A DNA stretch of 53,280 nt from contig MQRK01238736.1 of assembly GCA_001938485.1 (NCBI GenBank), forward strand, positions 47,305-100,584, in the 5' to 3' direction. The DNA comes from Girardia tigrina (Eukaryota). A program made the translations under genes and the position numbers. Under the pieces are notes generated by a model. It did not search any database, had not been told where the DNA came from, and worked only from the letters and a program-made list of their open reading frames with translations. Shown here piece after piece: positions 22,493 to 35,254 of this stretch. Every line of letters begins with the position of its first letter. Position 1 is the first letter of the stretch.

Positions 22493-23243
22493 TTAATTCA
22501 ATTTTACTTCTTTATGATTCCAAAATTCATTCAAATCTGTTCTATTATCTCGATCTTTACCAGCTCGTAATAAAAAACCAATTCCAGCTATCAGTTCATC
22601 AAATGTAAAATTAGCCATGTGTAGAAGAGAACAAATGTTAAAATGAGTAGAAAATTGGTGACGTCGAATATCTGCTTTTCTATTAGTGTGCATGATGGAT
22701 TTCTTCAGGTAAAAACAATAGAAATAAATCTAAAAAAGAGCTCGTACTTACTAAAAATCTTGGACGTTGAGTGAGAATGTTTCTATTTCTTCTTCGATCT
22801 GGAATTTGTTCTCTACTGTAAATAACAACCTTTTTTGAATGAATATCACTATGATGCGAAGAGGGATTATGATCATCACTGCTGATGTCACTGTCTGATG
22901 ATGAACATTCACTAAACAAATTTATCTCACCTTCATCACTGTCGACCTCTATTTCGCCTTGCGGTAATACATGAGCCATTTGGTATTCAATAGCCTCAAC
23001 AGTATCATCACAATTGTTATCATTTTGCTCTTCAACTTCCTCTATAACTCCCAGAGAAATGCAAACATCTCTAAATGCCTTGCGAACTGGACGTTGTGTG
23101 TTGTGAGCAATTGATTTTTGAGATGGTTGTTGAGTTGGATGTTGGCCAGGAGCATGTGATGGCTTTTTCTGTCTAAGTAAACCTCTACGAACAGGTTGAC
23201 CAGTAATGGGACTGCTTTTTCCAATTTTAAGTCTTTCTGTCAA
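22493..23243 (-). pseudogene. piggyBac transposase N-terminal fragment (frameshifted, lacks DDD core)
   Basis: Acidic S/D-rich region, then RRNRNILTQRPR..FLLFLPEEI / HTNRKA..FTFDELIAGIGFLLRAG..NRTDLNEFW. Confidence 0.8.
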
Positions 23244-23606
23244 TGGTGGAGCATTGGGATCTCCTCATTATCTGATTCATTGTCAATTGATAATTGAAGT
23301 CTCTTTTGCATTATGATGATTTACAAAACAGGAAGGAGACAGTGGATAATTATGCGTAGCTTATAGGCCTAGCAAGTATTTAAATCTACTAAATCAAATG
23401 ACATATAATAATTTCTAAAAATAAAAATGTACATGAAAATAATGAAAATTTTTCTTTGCAATGCAATATCATTTAGCAAATTTCTGACAACATTATCTAT
23501 TATTATTGATAAAATATACTTCATGTCAATAAAAAGCCTTTCTGTCTCATAAATCATCAAATGAGCTCAATGGAGTAGATTCATCATAAAAGAAAGAAAA
23601 TATTAA

Positions 23607-23781
23607 CCCTTTCCTGTTTTTTGGGAAGTATACTGAACAAATTGAAAACCTCACGTACGTGGTTGAAAAACGTTCTTTGGCTTTTAGATAAATTTAAGGG
23701 TTTGATAAAATGACTATACACCATATTTCGATTTTTAAATCACAAAAAATAGATGTTGATTTTTCATGCAGCAGGAAAGGG
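23607..23781. mobile_element. piggyBac-type MITE nested in the piggyBac
   Basis: TTAA|CCCTTTCCTG ... CAGGAAAGGG|ATAA. Confidence 0.7.
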
Positions 23782-23849
23782 ATAAAGAAAAAAATAACAA
23801 TTACAATTTTAAGATGAATATAAAGCCATTTATGATGATGATTTTTTAA

Positions 23850-23952
23850 TGGGGCAAAAATGATTTTTCACAGGGGCAGCCGTCTATTTCTGCCCCCAGC
23901 AGGATTATAGGAGGAGTAGTTGCGCCTGTAGCCCCCAGCTCCGCCGCCACTG
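23850..23952. mobile_element. Terminal fragment of a hAT-like element
   Basis: GGGGC/GCCCC subterminal motifs ending TCCGCCGCCACTG, the reverse complement of a CAGTGGCGG hAT TIR. The partner end was not found. Confidence 0.45.
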
Positions 23953-25412
23953 ATAGTATCATAAAATACGTTATATTTATTGAGAAAGACATTGTTTTAT
24001 TTCATGAACACTACATTTTCTTTCATATTTTAGTCATTTCGAATTGTTAACAAAATGTTAACACATGCCCCTTTATGTATATATGTATGTTTTACTCAAT
24101 ATAGGGATTCGTGGAGGCTTCATTAAACAAACATACGTTCTCTTGCTAAAAAGTAGCATAGTCCTAAAACGGCTTTCGATTCAATGTTTTCAAAGTAGAG
24201 TTACAGCACTCTAAATGTCAGTTGTTAACAAAATGTTAACACCTGACCGTTGAGGGTTAACAGCGTTCGCTTAATACTTTGATTAATGGGAACCATGAAA
24301 TTGATCTTGTAATATAATTAAATGTAGATAATTGTCCTTGTTTATTTTGTTTAAAATAATTGCTGTTTTTTGCATTATAATTTACCTCATTTCGATTTAC
24401 AGAATTATTTGGAATATATATTCGTTACGATACAATGGTTTTATTGATCCATTCAAACTTTAAATTTTCCTATGAATTTTTTCATTGACTTTGCGAGAAT
24501 TTGCATGGGAAAATATTTATTTTCTTTTCATCATTTGAATATTATGTTCTATAAAATTTTCTATAATAAAATATACATTTTGCAAAAAAAATAAATATTT
24601 TAATCCAAACATCTTTAAATGATAAAAATTAATTTATTGTTATTTTAATTTTTCTGGATGTCCAAAAAAGATTTAACATTATTTCAATCTAAAACATTTG
24701 AATTTTTAAAAAAAAAATAATCACACAATTTTTTTGTATTTCAAATCAGAACAAGAAAAAAAATATTATCACCGACTTTGACATTCAATAGTGAATTCTT
24801 TAGAACTTATCGAATATTATCAGAAATAATTGAAATAATTCAATTACTTTCGATAACGTTAAGAGTTAGAATTTTATTATCTTCATGTGTGCGATTTGTT
24901 AGTAATTTAAACGATGTAAAGTATTGCTTTGTCCTTCAAAAAGTTATCGAAAGTAATAGTTTTTTATCTGTTCTAGAACCGAAATTTATAAAATATTGAT
25001 AAAATTTTGTTCCATTTTTTTAAACATGTAAAAGTCATTTGAAAAAATAATTGAAAAACAATTTCAGTTAATATTGTTTTAATATTCAAAGTAAGCATGG
25101 AAATTTGTAACGTATTCATTTTTAATTTTTCCATTTGTCGGTTTTTTATAATTGTTTTTCTTTATTTTTTTTTAAACAAATGCTTAATTAATAATTATTA
25201 TTTACTACAATATTATTCGATAAAATATATTACATAACAATCAAATTTGATGTGCATTCGCATGCTAAAATACACGCTTCTCTTATACGTGACTCATTAT
25301 CAAATCTAGCATTTTCTATGTGCTTTCAATTAATTATTTATTTGTTTAAGTATTTCTTCTAATGTTTTTTTTCTTTATTTTATGAGATTCAAATTAACTT
25401 GTAGATCAAATC

Positions 25413-27563
25413 ATGTGGCAGAATATTTTTATTGATTTATCAATTAAATTACAATCAAACGCCGACGGTGGAGTGTTTCGCTATCTCTCGAATTATACAG
25501 AAATGTTCAAAATAATGCTCTCCAGTTGGTTAATCAATGTCTATTTGATAGTAATCCCAATTTTTATAATTGTCGCAATCTTTTTATGTTTTCAAAAACT
25601 GAAAAATTGGAATTATTTACATTTCCCTCAGTTGAAGAAAATCCTCCCAATACTATTAACATTTTCTATCGTTTCGGGTTCCGTTGTATTTATCCAATTG
25701 TCAGAAATCAACTCAGATATAAATAAAATTCAAAAATCGATCGATTATTACACGAATCAAATCGTTTTTCAGATCTCTTTATCCATTAACAACACGAAAT
25801 TATCGTTACTTGACACGTTGAAAACGAAAAAATACGATTTATTTCCATTATTTGATAAAATTGTGACAGATATTGTCAAAGTTGCCAATAAAACTGATGG
25901 CAATAAAGGCAAATCGGGTGATTTTTCTCTGCTTTTTTTCGGCAAAAGCAATTCGATGGCCGATATTTTTCAACGCGCCGATCTATACATCAATTCGTCG
26001 ATTTCAATGCGTCATTCACTGCTGAGACTGATGAAAGTTTGTAAAAATAACGGGTTTCACAGGCGCAGATTGTGTGACGAATCGAAACTCGAATGCGAAC
26101 AGTTCTTTTCAAATGTACAAGACATGATCGATTTTTTCATCAAACGTGACGAAACAAATGAAGAATTTATTTATGCTATCGGACAAATTATTCCGGTGGT
26201 GAAAAATGCAGCGAACTCATTTAATTTCACGAAATTCTTAATGGCACCCGATCAATATTACGATTTCGGTGTGAAGAGGATCGATTCTGTATTGACAAAT
26301 CTGATTAATGAAAAAATTCGCGAATCTCTCGATGAAGTGTCCACAAAATACCGTCCGGTTATCGATCAGTATCTACAAATCTTTCAAAAATATGCCAAAT
26401 TCATACTCTATTCAATCGTTACATTGAATCTAATCTATTTAATCTTTATATCGGTGTCTGTCGCTCTCAGTTTCCTCGTTTCTGACCACATAAAACGTCA
26501 ATATTCTTTCTTCTGGTGTGTTTGGAATTGTGTTTTCTTTTTGATTTTCTTTGTCAGTTTAATTTTTCTATTGATTTATGTGACATTGACATCGGCTCTT
26601 TTGAATTCACAAACTGAAGTCTGTCGGTATCTTCGTGATATTAACGAGTCGTCAGCGATCGCAGATCGATTTATTGATTCCTATCTCGATCAAGAGAAAG
26701 AGTATTTACTTTCTAAAGCCATTCCGCCAAATATTCTTTCCATTCCTCGATTGGGTATAAAAAACCCGCGAGGAATTCTAACGACGGTTATTCGTCAATG
26801 CCCGGCACAACGGATTCTCTTACCGAGTTTGAAGTTATATCGGCCGATTAATACAACTGCAATTATCTTTTCCGATTTTTTCGATCATAAAATCGTTAAA
26901 CCGGGTATAATTAAGGCCAATGAAAGTATCTATGAATATTACGAACAAATTATGGATATTTGTAAAGAGATTTTTGAATCCAAATCGAGATTGATGGAGT
27001 ATCAACTTTTAAACTATTTTCCAAAAGACAAAGAAAAATCTTTTTTTGCCTTTCCTCAAATAAAAGCCTCAGTAGATCAATTAAAGGAAAAGCAAGCCGT
27101 CAGTATCAAAGGCCCTGATTTTTATATATTTAAAATCGAGTATCCGATTTTTGAAAAATGCTTTACATTTCTTGATGACTTGACGACTTTCAGAGAAAAC
27201 GAAAGTTTTCTCTATGATTTAATAGACGATATGAAATATTTCGAAGATCTGGTTCGGAACCTGTTCATATTCATTGAGAATCTTAAGATCAATATCGAAA
27301 AAAATGGTGAAATGTTTTTTACCAAATTTATTCAATCGATTGTCCAACCAGTCAAATATCACGTCAACGAGTTATTACAGATTCTCGAAGGGGATATTTT
27401 GTCAAGAATCATTCCATGTGAAGAATTGTCTGGATTTTACATGGAAACTATGGGAATGATTTGTACAAATCAGTTCGGAAATTTTCTAGTCTTTGTGATT
27501 TTCGGGACTCTGACTTTCACTTTTGGCAACTTGGTTTTACTCGTGATCATGATTGCTTACTGA
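25413..27563 (+). CDS. Divergent prominin-like pentaspan membrane glycoprotein (716 aa, single exon)
   Basis: Hydrophobic segments at about aa 40-60, 77-95, 330-356, 366-395 and 692-715, with two large N-glycosylation-bearing loops. There is a Cys after TM4 (QTEVCRYL) and a C..L...Y......IC....GNF motif before TM5, as in prominins. Confidence 0.75.
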   Translation: MWQNIFIDLSIKLQSNADGGVFRYLSNYTEMFKIMLSSWLINVYLIVIPIFIIVAIFLCFQKLKNWNYLHFPQLKKILPILLTFSIVSGSVVFIQLSEINSDINKIQKSIDYYTNQIVFQISLSINNTKLSLLDTLKTKKYDLFPLFDKIVTDIVKVANKTDGNKGKSGDFSLLFFGKSNSMADIFQRADLYINSSISMRHSLLRLMKVCKNNGFHRRRLCDESKLECEQFFSNVQDMIDFFIKRDETNEEFIYAIGQIIPVVKNAANSFNFTKFLMAPDQYYDFGVKRIDSVLTNLINEKIRESLDEVSTKYRPVIDQYLQIFQKYAKFILYSIVTLNLIYLIFISVSVALSFLVSDHIKRQYSFFWCVWNCVFFLIFFVSLIFLLIYVTLTSALLNSQTEVCRYLRDINESSAIADRFIDSYLDQEKEYLLSKAIPPNILSIPRLGIKNPRGILTTVIRQCPAQRILLPSLKLYRPINTTAIIFSDFFDHKIVKPGIIKANESIYEYYEQIMDICKEIFESKSRLMEYQLLNYFPKDKEKSFFAFPQIKASVDQLKEKQAVSIKGPDFYIFKIEYPIFEKCFTFLDDLTTFRENESFLYDLIDDMKYFEDLVRNLFIFIENLKINIEKNGEMFFTKFIQSIVQPVKYHVNELLQILEGDILSRIIPCEELSGFYMETMGMICTNQFGNFLVFVIFGTLTFTFGNLVLLVIMIAY

Positions 27564-29086
27564 GCTCTTTCTTATTTTTTTTTATTTTACAGAATTATCC
27601 ATATCATTTTACGAGACTCTTTTGTAAATAAAATTATTTTTTTGTTGAGTCGTTTTTCAATGGAAGAATAAAAAGAATGGAACGATTAAGAAAAACACGA
27701 TTTAAAAATTTTCAATATGTTTGAAAAAATATTTACTACCAACTTGATGTATTTTAGCTCAAAATAGTTGGAAGTTCTTGGAATTCCTAGATATGAAAAT
27801 GCCGTGGAATGTATTGCAATGAGATCCGATAAATTTGACGCGACACGATATCAAATAGCACTGATATTTTGAAATAAACATTGATTCGATGTTTTCTTAA
27901 ATTGTTGATTTATTTCTTTTAATAAAAGACGAATAAATGATTTTTCTTTAAGGTTGTCTCTAGTATTGGGATTTAAATAGATCACTAAATTTTGCCCAAG
28001 TCGGTTGTCATTTATTGCTTGATTTCATGAATTAAAATTGAAAGAAAATTAACAAATTGAAATGTTTCAATATCAAGTTTTATAATGTATCATAAATATC
28101 TTTTAGTAACGCATATAGCTTTGCGTTACAAATTTTTATTAACAATAATTTTTTTCGTAATTCCATAACCTAATAAAAAAAGATAAAATGTTTACTAAAA
28201 TAAATTTACGTAACTTCAAAAACTGAAAATTCTTTTTCTGGATTTTTTGAACTTACAATAATGTGGTTCTAGTAGAAAATTCAATATTTCTGAGATTATC
28301 ATAATTTTAATATATAAATGAATTTTTAATTTTTTCAATTTTTAAATGTAAGTAATCCTGAACTTTATGTCAAAATAAGATTTAAAAAAATATAAGAATA
28401 AATTTACTTATACTATTAAAATAATATAGTTTTAGCTAAATTTATTTTTTAATTATTTTAATTTATATTTTGAAATTTTTAATAATCACTTACTTTACTA
28501 AAAAATAATATTTAAAAATTTTAATTATCCAAATTTTTAATTTATTAACAAAGAAAAATATTAAAAATAAATATACAAATAAAATTATTGGAAATAAAAA
28601 TTATCAAAATAAATTATATTAAATTATTGAAATAATTTTTTTTAATTTCTTAAAATATATGATAAAATATTTCTATAATAGCAAAATTATTTTAATATAA
28701 GATGCTGCAATTATTAATTGAATCATTAATTTGAGATTTTTGATAAAATTGAAATATAAATAAGAGTTGCTCAAATCATTTGAAGTGCAAATTTCATTAA
28801 TTTTAAAAGAAACTTGTCAAGTTTTCCTAACAAAATAACTAATTTTTGCAAGTTTATCTATTATTTAAAGTAAATTTTGAAATAAGTACAACATATTAGA
28901 CTAGATTGAGTAATGTTTTTCAAAAAATCGTTACATTTTTAAGAAATTGATGTTTTGGATACAAAAATCTACGCTTATCTCTACTATATAAAAATGAATA
29001 TTTTCTATTTACAACTAATATTGTTTTTTGGTATATTCTTCAATTTTGTATGTCTTATACCATCATGTAAGAACGGATAAACTTTC

Positions 29087-29190
29087 TGTGAACGAGAAGG
29101 TCGAAAATAAGAATTTATTTCAATGATAAGATTTACAAACTGTTCGCCAAATTCTGATTATTTAAACAAGTTTTCGACATTTCCATTACA
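29087..29190 (-). repeat. 3' LTR of Gypsy element A
   Basis: Near-identical direct repeat of 38245-38348. On the minus strand it is preceded by the polypurine tract GCAAGAGAGAG. Confidence 0.9.
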
Positions 29191-29499
29191 CTCTCTCTTG
29201 CATTCAAGGCACAAACGCATACGCCTTCTGTGCACTGGAGAGTCTCACTCGGATTTCTCCCACTTTACTGGTGACGGATCGATTGATGTGCACTGAAGAC
29301 ATCTTTTCACCACCCCCTGTACCTGCTTCTCAGTTATTCGCTCTGGACCCCACAATTTCCTCGTCAAGAACATCATCCGCTTCACCCCGAAATATTGAAT
29401 AGGATGGAGTGCCTGCAGACAATCTATCGGCTACCCCTCTCCTTCCATCGTTACTGCCGCCACATTCGGTCGATCATTTAAAGCTATCAGGTAGTCACT

Positions 29500-30721
29500 A
29501 GACACACGAGTGAAACGATCTGCTCGGTTCTCTGCTGAACTGACTAATTTATACTCCATCTGAAGCTACTCCTCTTCTATAGTCTGCTTGATTGTGCAGA
29601 TGCGTCGCTTTACGAGCAGCTCGCTCATTCCACTAGATCTGACCGGTCCATCGCCCCTCGTAGCATATTGTCAACCACCAGAACACAGTGGCGGAGTCGG
29701 TCATAATCTCAATGTTTTTTAATCCCCACTCCTGACTAATGCCTTTATTGCCTCATTAGCCGCTTCAAGTTCTGCCAACTTGATGTGAGGGGCATCATCC
29801 TCGACCACAGCTCCTCCTATCTCTACAGAGATACCTGTCGTGATTGCATTTGCATCATACCACACTCGACCGTATTTTCGGTCGGGTACTTCCCACTTGC
29901 CGTTCATCGGGTCTTCGCTCACGAGCCGTTCCGCCAATTTCTGCGCAATGTCCACTACACACAGTTCTACTGTATTGTCCCAACCGCCTCGATAGGCCAG
30001 CCTTTTTTAAAAAACTGCATGCCGGCCTCAGCCAACCACCGACCGGGAAAAGGCCTACGAGTTGACCGACCCATGAAAATAACTTCCGTCGCGTTAGTCG
30101 CTCCGGTAAAGCCGGTATATTGCCACCGTAGTTCACCGTCAGTCTTCCGCACCGCGAGTCAAAGCCCTCCATTCATCTTTAGCGACGTTTTTGTTTCGAG
30201 TCAGAAGCTATCGAGTACCTCCACCACGCGCTCCACTGAAACTTTGCTGCTGTCCATCATGATATCCTCATAGTACGCATCTGCGGCTTCCGCAATTTGT
30301 GGATCTGACCCGAGCACGTGATCCATGATGCGTCTCATAATTTTGGGGGCCGCGTTCAATCCAAAGCCCAGTCGCGTCAGGCACCACATCTTCCTCTCGT
30401 GGTGGATCACTTGATAGGGCCACAGGCTCAAGTCCACCTTAATTTGGAGAAATGCCTTTCTCAAATCGACTATCTCGAGCGATGACTCCATCTTCCGCAA
30501 TTTGCGCAGCTTTTCAGCGCACACCAGGCTTTCTGCGGTGTGGCTGGACACGAACTCGTTTACGGCTCTGTAGTCTAGCACCGGTCGCACCTTCTCCTTT
30601 GCCGCCTGAACAACCGTCATCAGAGGTAAACTTGCCTTTGCTTTGCCATTAAACTGAATGAACCACCCGTTTTTCTTCCATTCGGACAACTCCTTGCTCA
30701 CCGTTCCTTTGTACTGCTTGA
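29500..30721 (-). pseudogene. Gypsy A pol: RT and RNase H (frameshifted)
   Basis: KVRPVLDYRAVN..VDLRKAFLQI..TRLGFGLNAAPKIM..AYYEDI; TRRKLFSWVGQLVG..PVGGWLRPACSFLK; VWYDANA..G...VVED..HIKLAELEA. Confidence 0.85.
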
Positions 30722-30899
30722 CCAACGCACAGTGCCGGATTTACAGTTTCAAGGGGCCTATGCCAGAAAAAAAGGGGACCTATTTTGAAAAATAAAAAGC
30801 ATGTCTATTTTTGTTTGCAAAAATATAATAGTCGTTTAATTTATCTCAAAATTTTATTTCAATCCAATTTACAAAAATTTTTTCTGTATTTTTCATTGA

Positions 30900-33306
30900 C
30901 AAAATCGTTAATTAATGAATTAAAATCAATTGACCTCATTTTGTCAGCATTACTTGATAATACTGCAACATTATTTAACATTTTTTGGGAAAGAGTTGAT
31001 CGCAAACAATTTTTGTTAATTTTAATTTGGAAAATGACCTCTCTCCGGAACAATTAGATATCATGAAACGCATGAAAATTCTAAGTATTATTTCGGTATT
31101 AGGAAATGTAATATCCATTTGTTTTTCCTTAATAAGTTTATATAAATCCAAATGAGAGAAATGAGGAGCTTCGGTATTGAAATGATCAATCAAATATTTA
31201 TATAGGTGTTCGATTTCTGAACATAAATTTTCGTCAATGTCTTCTGCGTAGTCTTCCACAAGACGATCAACGCAAATCTTTAGTTTATCTTTATTGCTTC
31301 TCGTGTCTATTAAAAATCCAAATTTGTCATTCAATTCATGGCAGCATTGAGCTCTTTCTTTCAAATCTGTAGTGAGATTACTGTCGATTTTTAGGAAAAC
31401 ATTTTTCTTAAATTCTTCACGTGGACTAAACTTAAGTTCCTCTGAACAATTTTCAGCTGGAAGAACATTCATTTTACGGCGTCTCTTTTCAAAATAATCA
31501 GGGTTTGGTAATAACAATGTAGCATGTTGTTCTATTGAATCGAATTTTTCAGTTAATCCAAGAAAATAATCACCAAGAGATGAATAAAGTTCAGAACATG
31601 TATCGAGAGTAATACTAGCATTTTGCAATGATTTAGAAACTGCATTCATTCGTTGTAAAATTTTATCCCAAATTATTGTTTGTATGGAAAATTCAAAAGT
31701 TTCCATTTTTGATAGTAAATTTCCAGCCTCTGCTCTTGCTTTCGTTTCAAAACTTGAACTCTCATTGATTGTAAGTAATGCTTCCATCAATTTGTTGTAG
31801 TTCTGGTAAATACATTTGACTGAGTCAGCATGGACACTCCATCGAGTATTCGATAGCGATTTCAGTGAACTACTTCCTAATTATTCCAAAATATTCCATC
31901 GCTTTGTGGAAGCAGAAAAAAATGTACAGTTCTTGAACAATATCGAAAAAGTTAATTGCTTCGATATTACAATTCATACCAGCCTCTCCTACTAAGTTAA
32001 GAGAATGACCTGAACATGACAAGAATTTTGCAAACTTATTAAGTTCCAAAATTTTAGTTTTCATGCCTTTATATTTTCCAGTCATATTACTCGCGTTATC
32101 ATAAGACTTGCTTCTGCAGTTGCTGATTTCTATGTTCAATATTTCGTTTAATAAGTTTACTGTTACATTTGCTAAATTTTCACCTGTGTGATCATCCATA
32201 TGGATGTAGTTGACAAATCTTTCAATTGGCTCATTGGCTTGATCTATGTACCTCAAAATCACACATAATTGATCTTTGTGAGTCACGTCAGGGGTCGAGT
32301 CTACTGATAAGCCATAATAATTTTAGAACATCATCGCTGATTGATTGTAAAACTTTTCTTGACATCAATACGATCAATTCCTCATATGTAGTCTTTGAGA
32401 GGTAGTTTGTTTTTCCAGAACCAATGTCACCATTTTTATGTGCTCGTTCAAAAAAGGATCAAACTGTGCAATCAAATCTAGCAGGCCGATAAAATTTACG
32501 TTGTTATCTGTCTCAAATTTTTCATTCGAACCTCTAAAAGCTAAGTTTCTTTCAATCAATGTGCAAATTACAGCTGTAACTCTTCTTAGAACCTCTCTCC
32601 AGTAGTTTCGCTCTTTACAAATTTGCTGTAGAGGTCGATCTTTTAAAATGTTGTTGTTTTTTCTATGAAAGTATTCTAAAGAAGCTGTTTTGTGCTCAGT
32701 TGAGTTTTCATGGCTTTTAATCGATGCCACGGAATTTTTCCAATCTTTAAATCCGATTGAAGCTAGAGCAAATTTTTAGGCTTCAAAAAGTTTGCATATA
32801 AAACAGAATACACAACCCAATGTTGGTGAATATATGAGCCATTCTCTATTGAATGTTTCTCCGTTTACTTTTCCCCCCAGAAATAAGTTTTTTGAACAAT
32901 ATCGATCGCGATCTTTATATGTCATTTTAGAAGATTTAAAGTCATTCTCTAAATTTTGACATGCTGACGGACCGCTGTCTATCCAAAATTTTATATCCTC
33001 AGCTGAAAGATTTTCCAAAAGTCCTGGATAACTTTTTCTATTTAGTGGCAAATCTTTTTCGATACCCATCTCCCTATCGAGTTCTGCTTGTTCGATTAAG
33101 GTTTGAGCTACCTCGATTGAACTTTTTAACTTTAAAACATCCGATAAATTAGCTTCTTCACTGATGCCAAAGCATGTAAGATTTGCTGAAGATGATGATT
33201 CTGTTTTTAACAGAAAACTATCGAGCTTTGGATGTTTCTTTATCTTTTCTTCTGTTTCTGCTTTTTTCTTTCTCTTTGAAGCTGTACTATCATAAGTTTT
33301 TTCCAT
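30900..33306 (-). pseudogene. hAT transposase (TTF-type zinc finger, DUF4371 region, hAT dimerisation domain), frameshifted
   Basis: REWLIYSPTLGCVFCFICKLF, HENSTEH, ERNLAFRG, DSTPDVTHKDQLCVILRY, SYDNASNMTG, LSNTRWSVHADS, SNCSGERSFSKLKL. Confidence 0.9.
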
Positions 33307-33460
33307 TTTCTATTTTGTTTCAAATTTATTAATACATATTTTTCAAAAGTTAGTATGTACAGTGGTACACAAAAATGAGTAAATAAAAATATATCGAAAG
33401 CAATATATCGATATATCGATATATTTTTGCAATCCCTACCCAAGTAGTTTGAATGAGATT

Positions 33461-34996
33461 TGTTGGGGTTCCCTAACCTAATAATTAATTTTTATAATAT
33501 AAAAAAATAATAGAAACAATTTTTAAAAATATAAAAAAAATAATAAAATATATGTAAATAAAAGTTAAGAGGTCTGAGTTGCTTCTCGGTCGTCCATGGT
33601 TTGAGCATTGGGTTCAGGGACGGTGGACGATCGTCTAGCAACTTTGTAATAACATAATATCACTATTATAATTATTTAAAATTATTAGAATCCAAATTAT
33701 TATTAATATCAATAATATTGCTATAATTAATATCTTTATTGATAGTATTATTTTTATAATCATTTATTTAATTATTATTATTAAATAGTGTAATTACTAT
33801 TATAATTATAGTTAATAATTATTAATTTTATCACTTTCATAATTATTTTTATTATATTAATATTAGTATTCTGGGAATTAATATTATTATATTCCTTTTC
33901 GGCGAGTTTTTCCTTCCTCCTCATGGACCCATTCATTATGAGGGTACTCCTACTTTGGACGGAGAAGTTCGCCAAAGGTTTATCTTTATTTAAAAAAATA
34001 TATATTTATTATTATTATTATATTATTATTATTATTGTTATTATTAAAAGTATTATTATTATTATTAAAATAACTTACCTTGTAAAAAAAATAATTCAAA
34101 TGAAATATTTACAAAATTGAAAAACTTTCACTGGGATGACGTTTGCTGATTGGCTTTGTCAATCGGCGTGTCATGTCATACCCAGATGAAAGTCGGGCAT
34201 CATTGATGTGAAAAACAGTTAGGCAATAATTATTTTGTTTGACAAGGAACTAATAATTGCAAATGCAAATGAAAATTGCAAAGGAAAATTAAATGAAACA
34301 ATTTTTCTCCAAATTACTTTTGTACAACCAATTGGAGACATGAAAATTCCATAAGGAATTTTTAAAATAGTCGAGTGTTGCGGCAGATCAGTCTGCACTT
34401 GACGTTTGTTACCATGTGGCGACAAAAAAGAATCTGAAAAGAATTCAAAGAGAACATTAAAAATTAATGAATTGGAAATTAAATTTTCGATTTGACGAGA
34501 TCCGCAGTTGGCGGGTAATTGATAATTAATCGTGATTTTCACGACAACTAAAGAATGTTAAAATTTACAAATATTTAATAATTTAAAAAATTAAAATTAT
34601 TTTTAATTAAATAATATTTTATATATTTATTATTTATATAAGTAAAAAACGGGTATGAATACCTTTAAAAAATATATAAGAAGCAAGCAAAAAACTCAAA
34701 CACAAATCAAATACAAAAAAATCAAATATAAAACTTCAAAGAAGTTTCAAGCAAATTATTATTCAACCTCAGTATTATAATAAGAATCCTGTACAAATTT
34801 TGTGATTATCAAATATAAAATTGTATAATATTTGTTATTGATCTCAATTGCAATACATTCAACAGTATCAAATATTGAGCTGCGTTCGAGCTACGAACAA
34901 GCAACGCAGCCTTCGATTAAAGTTGATTTAACTCAGAATTATATATTTGCTTGAACAGAATTATTCAAACGACAATTCAGTTAATTATACCCAACA
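33461..34996. mobile_element. Candidate LTR-like insert containing multiple RNA hairpins
   Basis: Termini TGTTGGG...CCCAACA, but no matching TSD (GATT vs TTAA). The interior alternates AT-only spacers with GC-rich hairpins. Confidence 0.4.
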
Positions 34997-35254
34997 TTAA
35001 ACGTACTAAACCACCAACAGATTTGACAATTTAATAAAGCATAGTATGTATCATAGCCTGTAAGCTATATTTTAGTTATTGCATCAAACAGCATTCATCA
35101 AAGTGACTTTATCTGTTCAGAGTCAAGAAATTCGATTGATATTCCTTTTTTCTTGTATACAGTATACTACTCAACATTTTGGGGCCCCTTATTTCGTGGG
35201 GCCCCTAGGACATGGCCTAGTAGGCCTACTTGTAAATCCGGCTCTGCCGACGCG

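Larger units (their letters stand above)
22330..24256 (-). mobile_element. piggyBac element, internally deleted
   Basis: Ends TTAA|CCATCAACGGGTCAGG ... CCTGACCGTTGAGGG|TTAA. Subterminal repeats GTTAACAAAATGTTAAC occur at both ends. An internal transposase N-terminus is present. Confidence 0.85.
30730..35246 (-). mobile_element. hAT DNA transposon (ZMYM1/DUF4371-type) inserted into Gypsy A pol
   Basis: TIRs CAGTGCCGGATTTACA / TGTAAATCCGGCTCTG with 8-bp TSD CCAACGCA / CCGACGCG (two CpG transitions). Removal rejoins Gypsy WAAYAS|VKQYKGTVSKEL. Confidence 0.9.

Noticed and set aside
33468-33482. CCCTAACC as a telomerase RNA template upstream of the hairpin cluster
   Set aside because: Only an 8-nt match, no pseudoknot or H/ACA domain was identified, and the location deep inside nested transposons is implausible.
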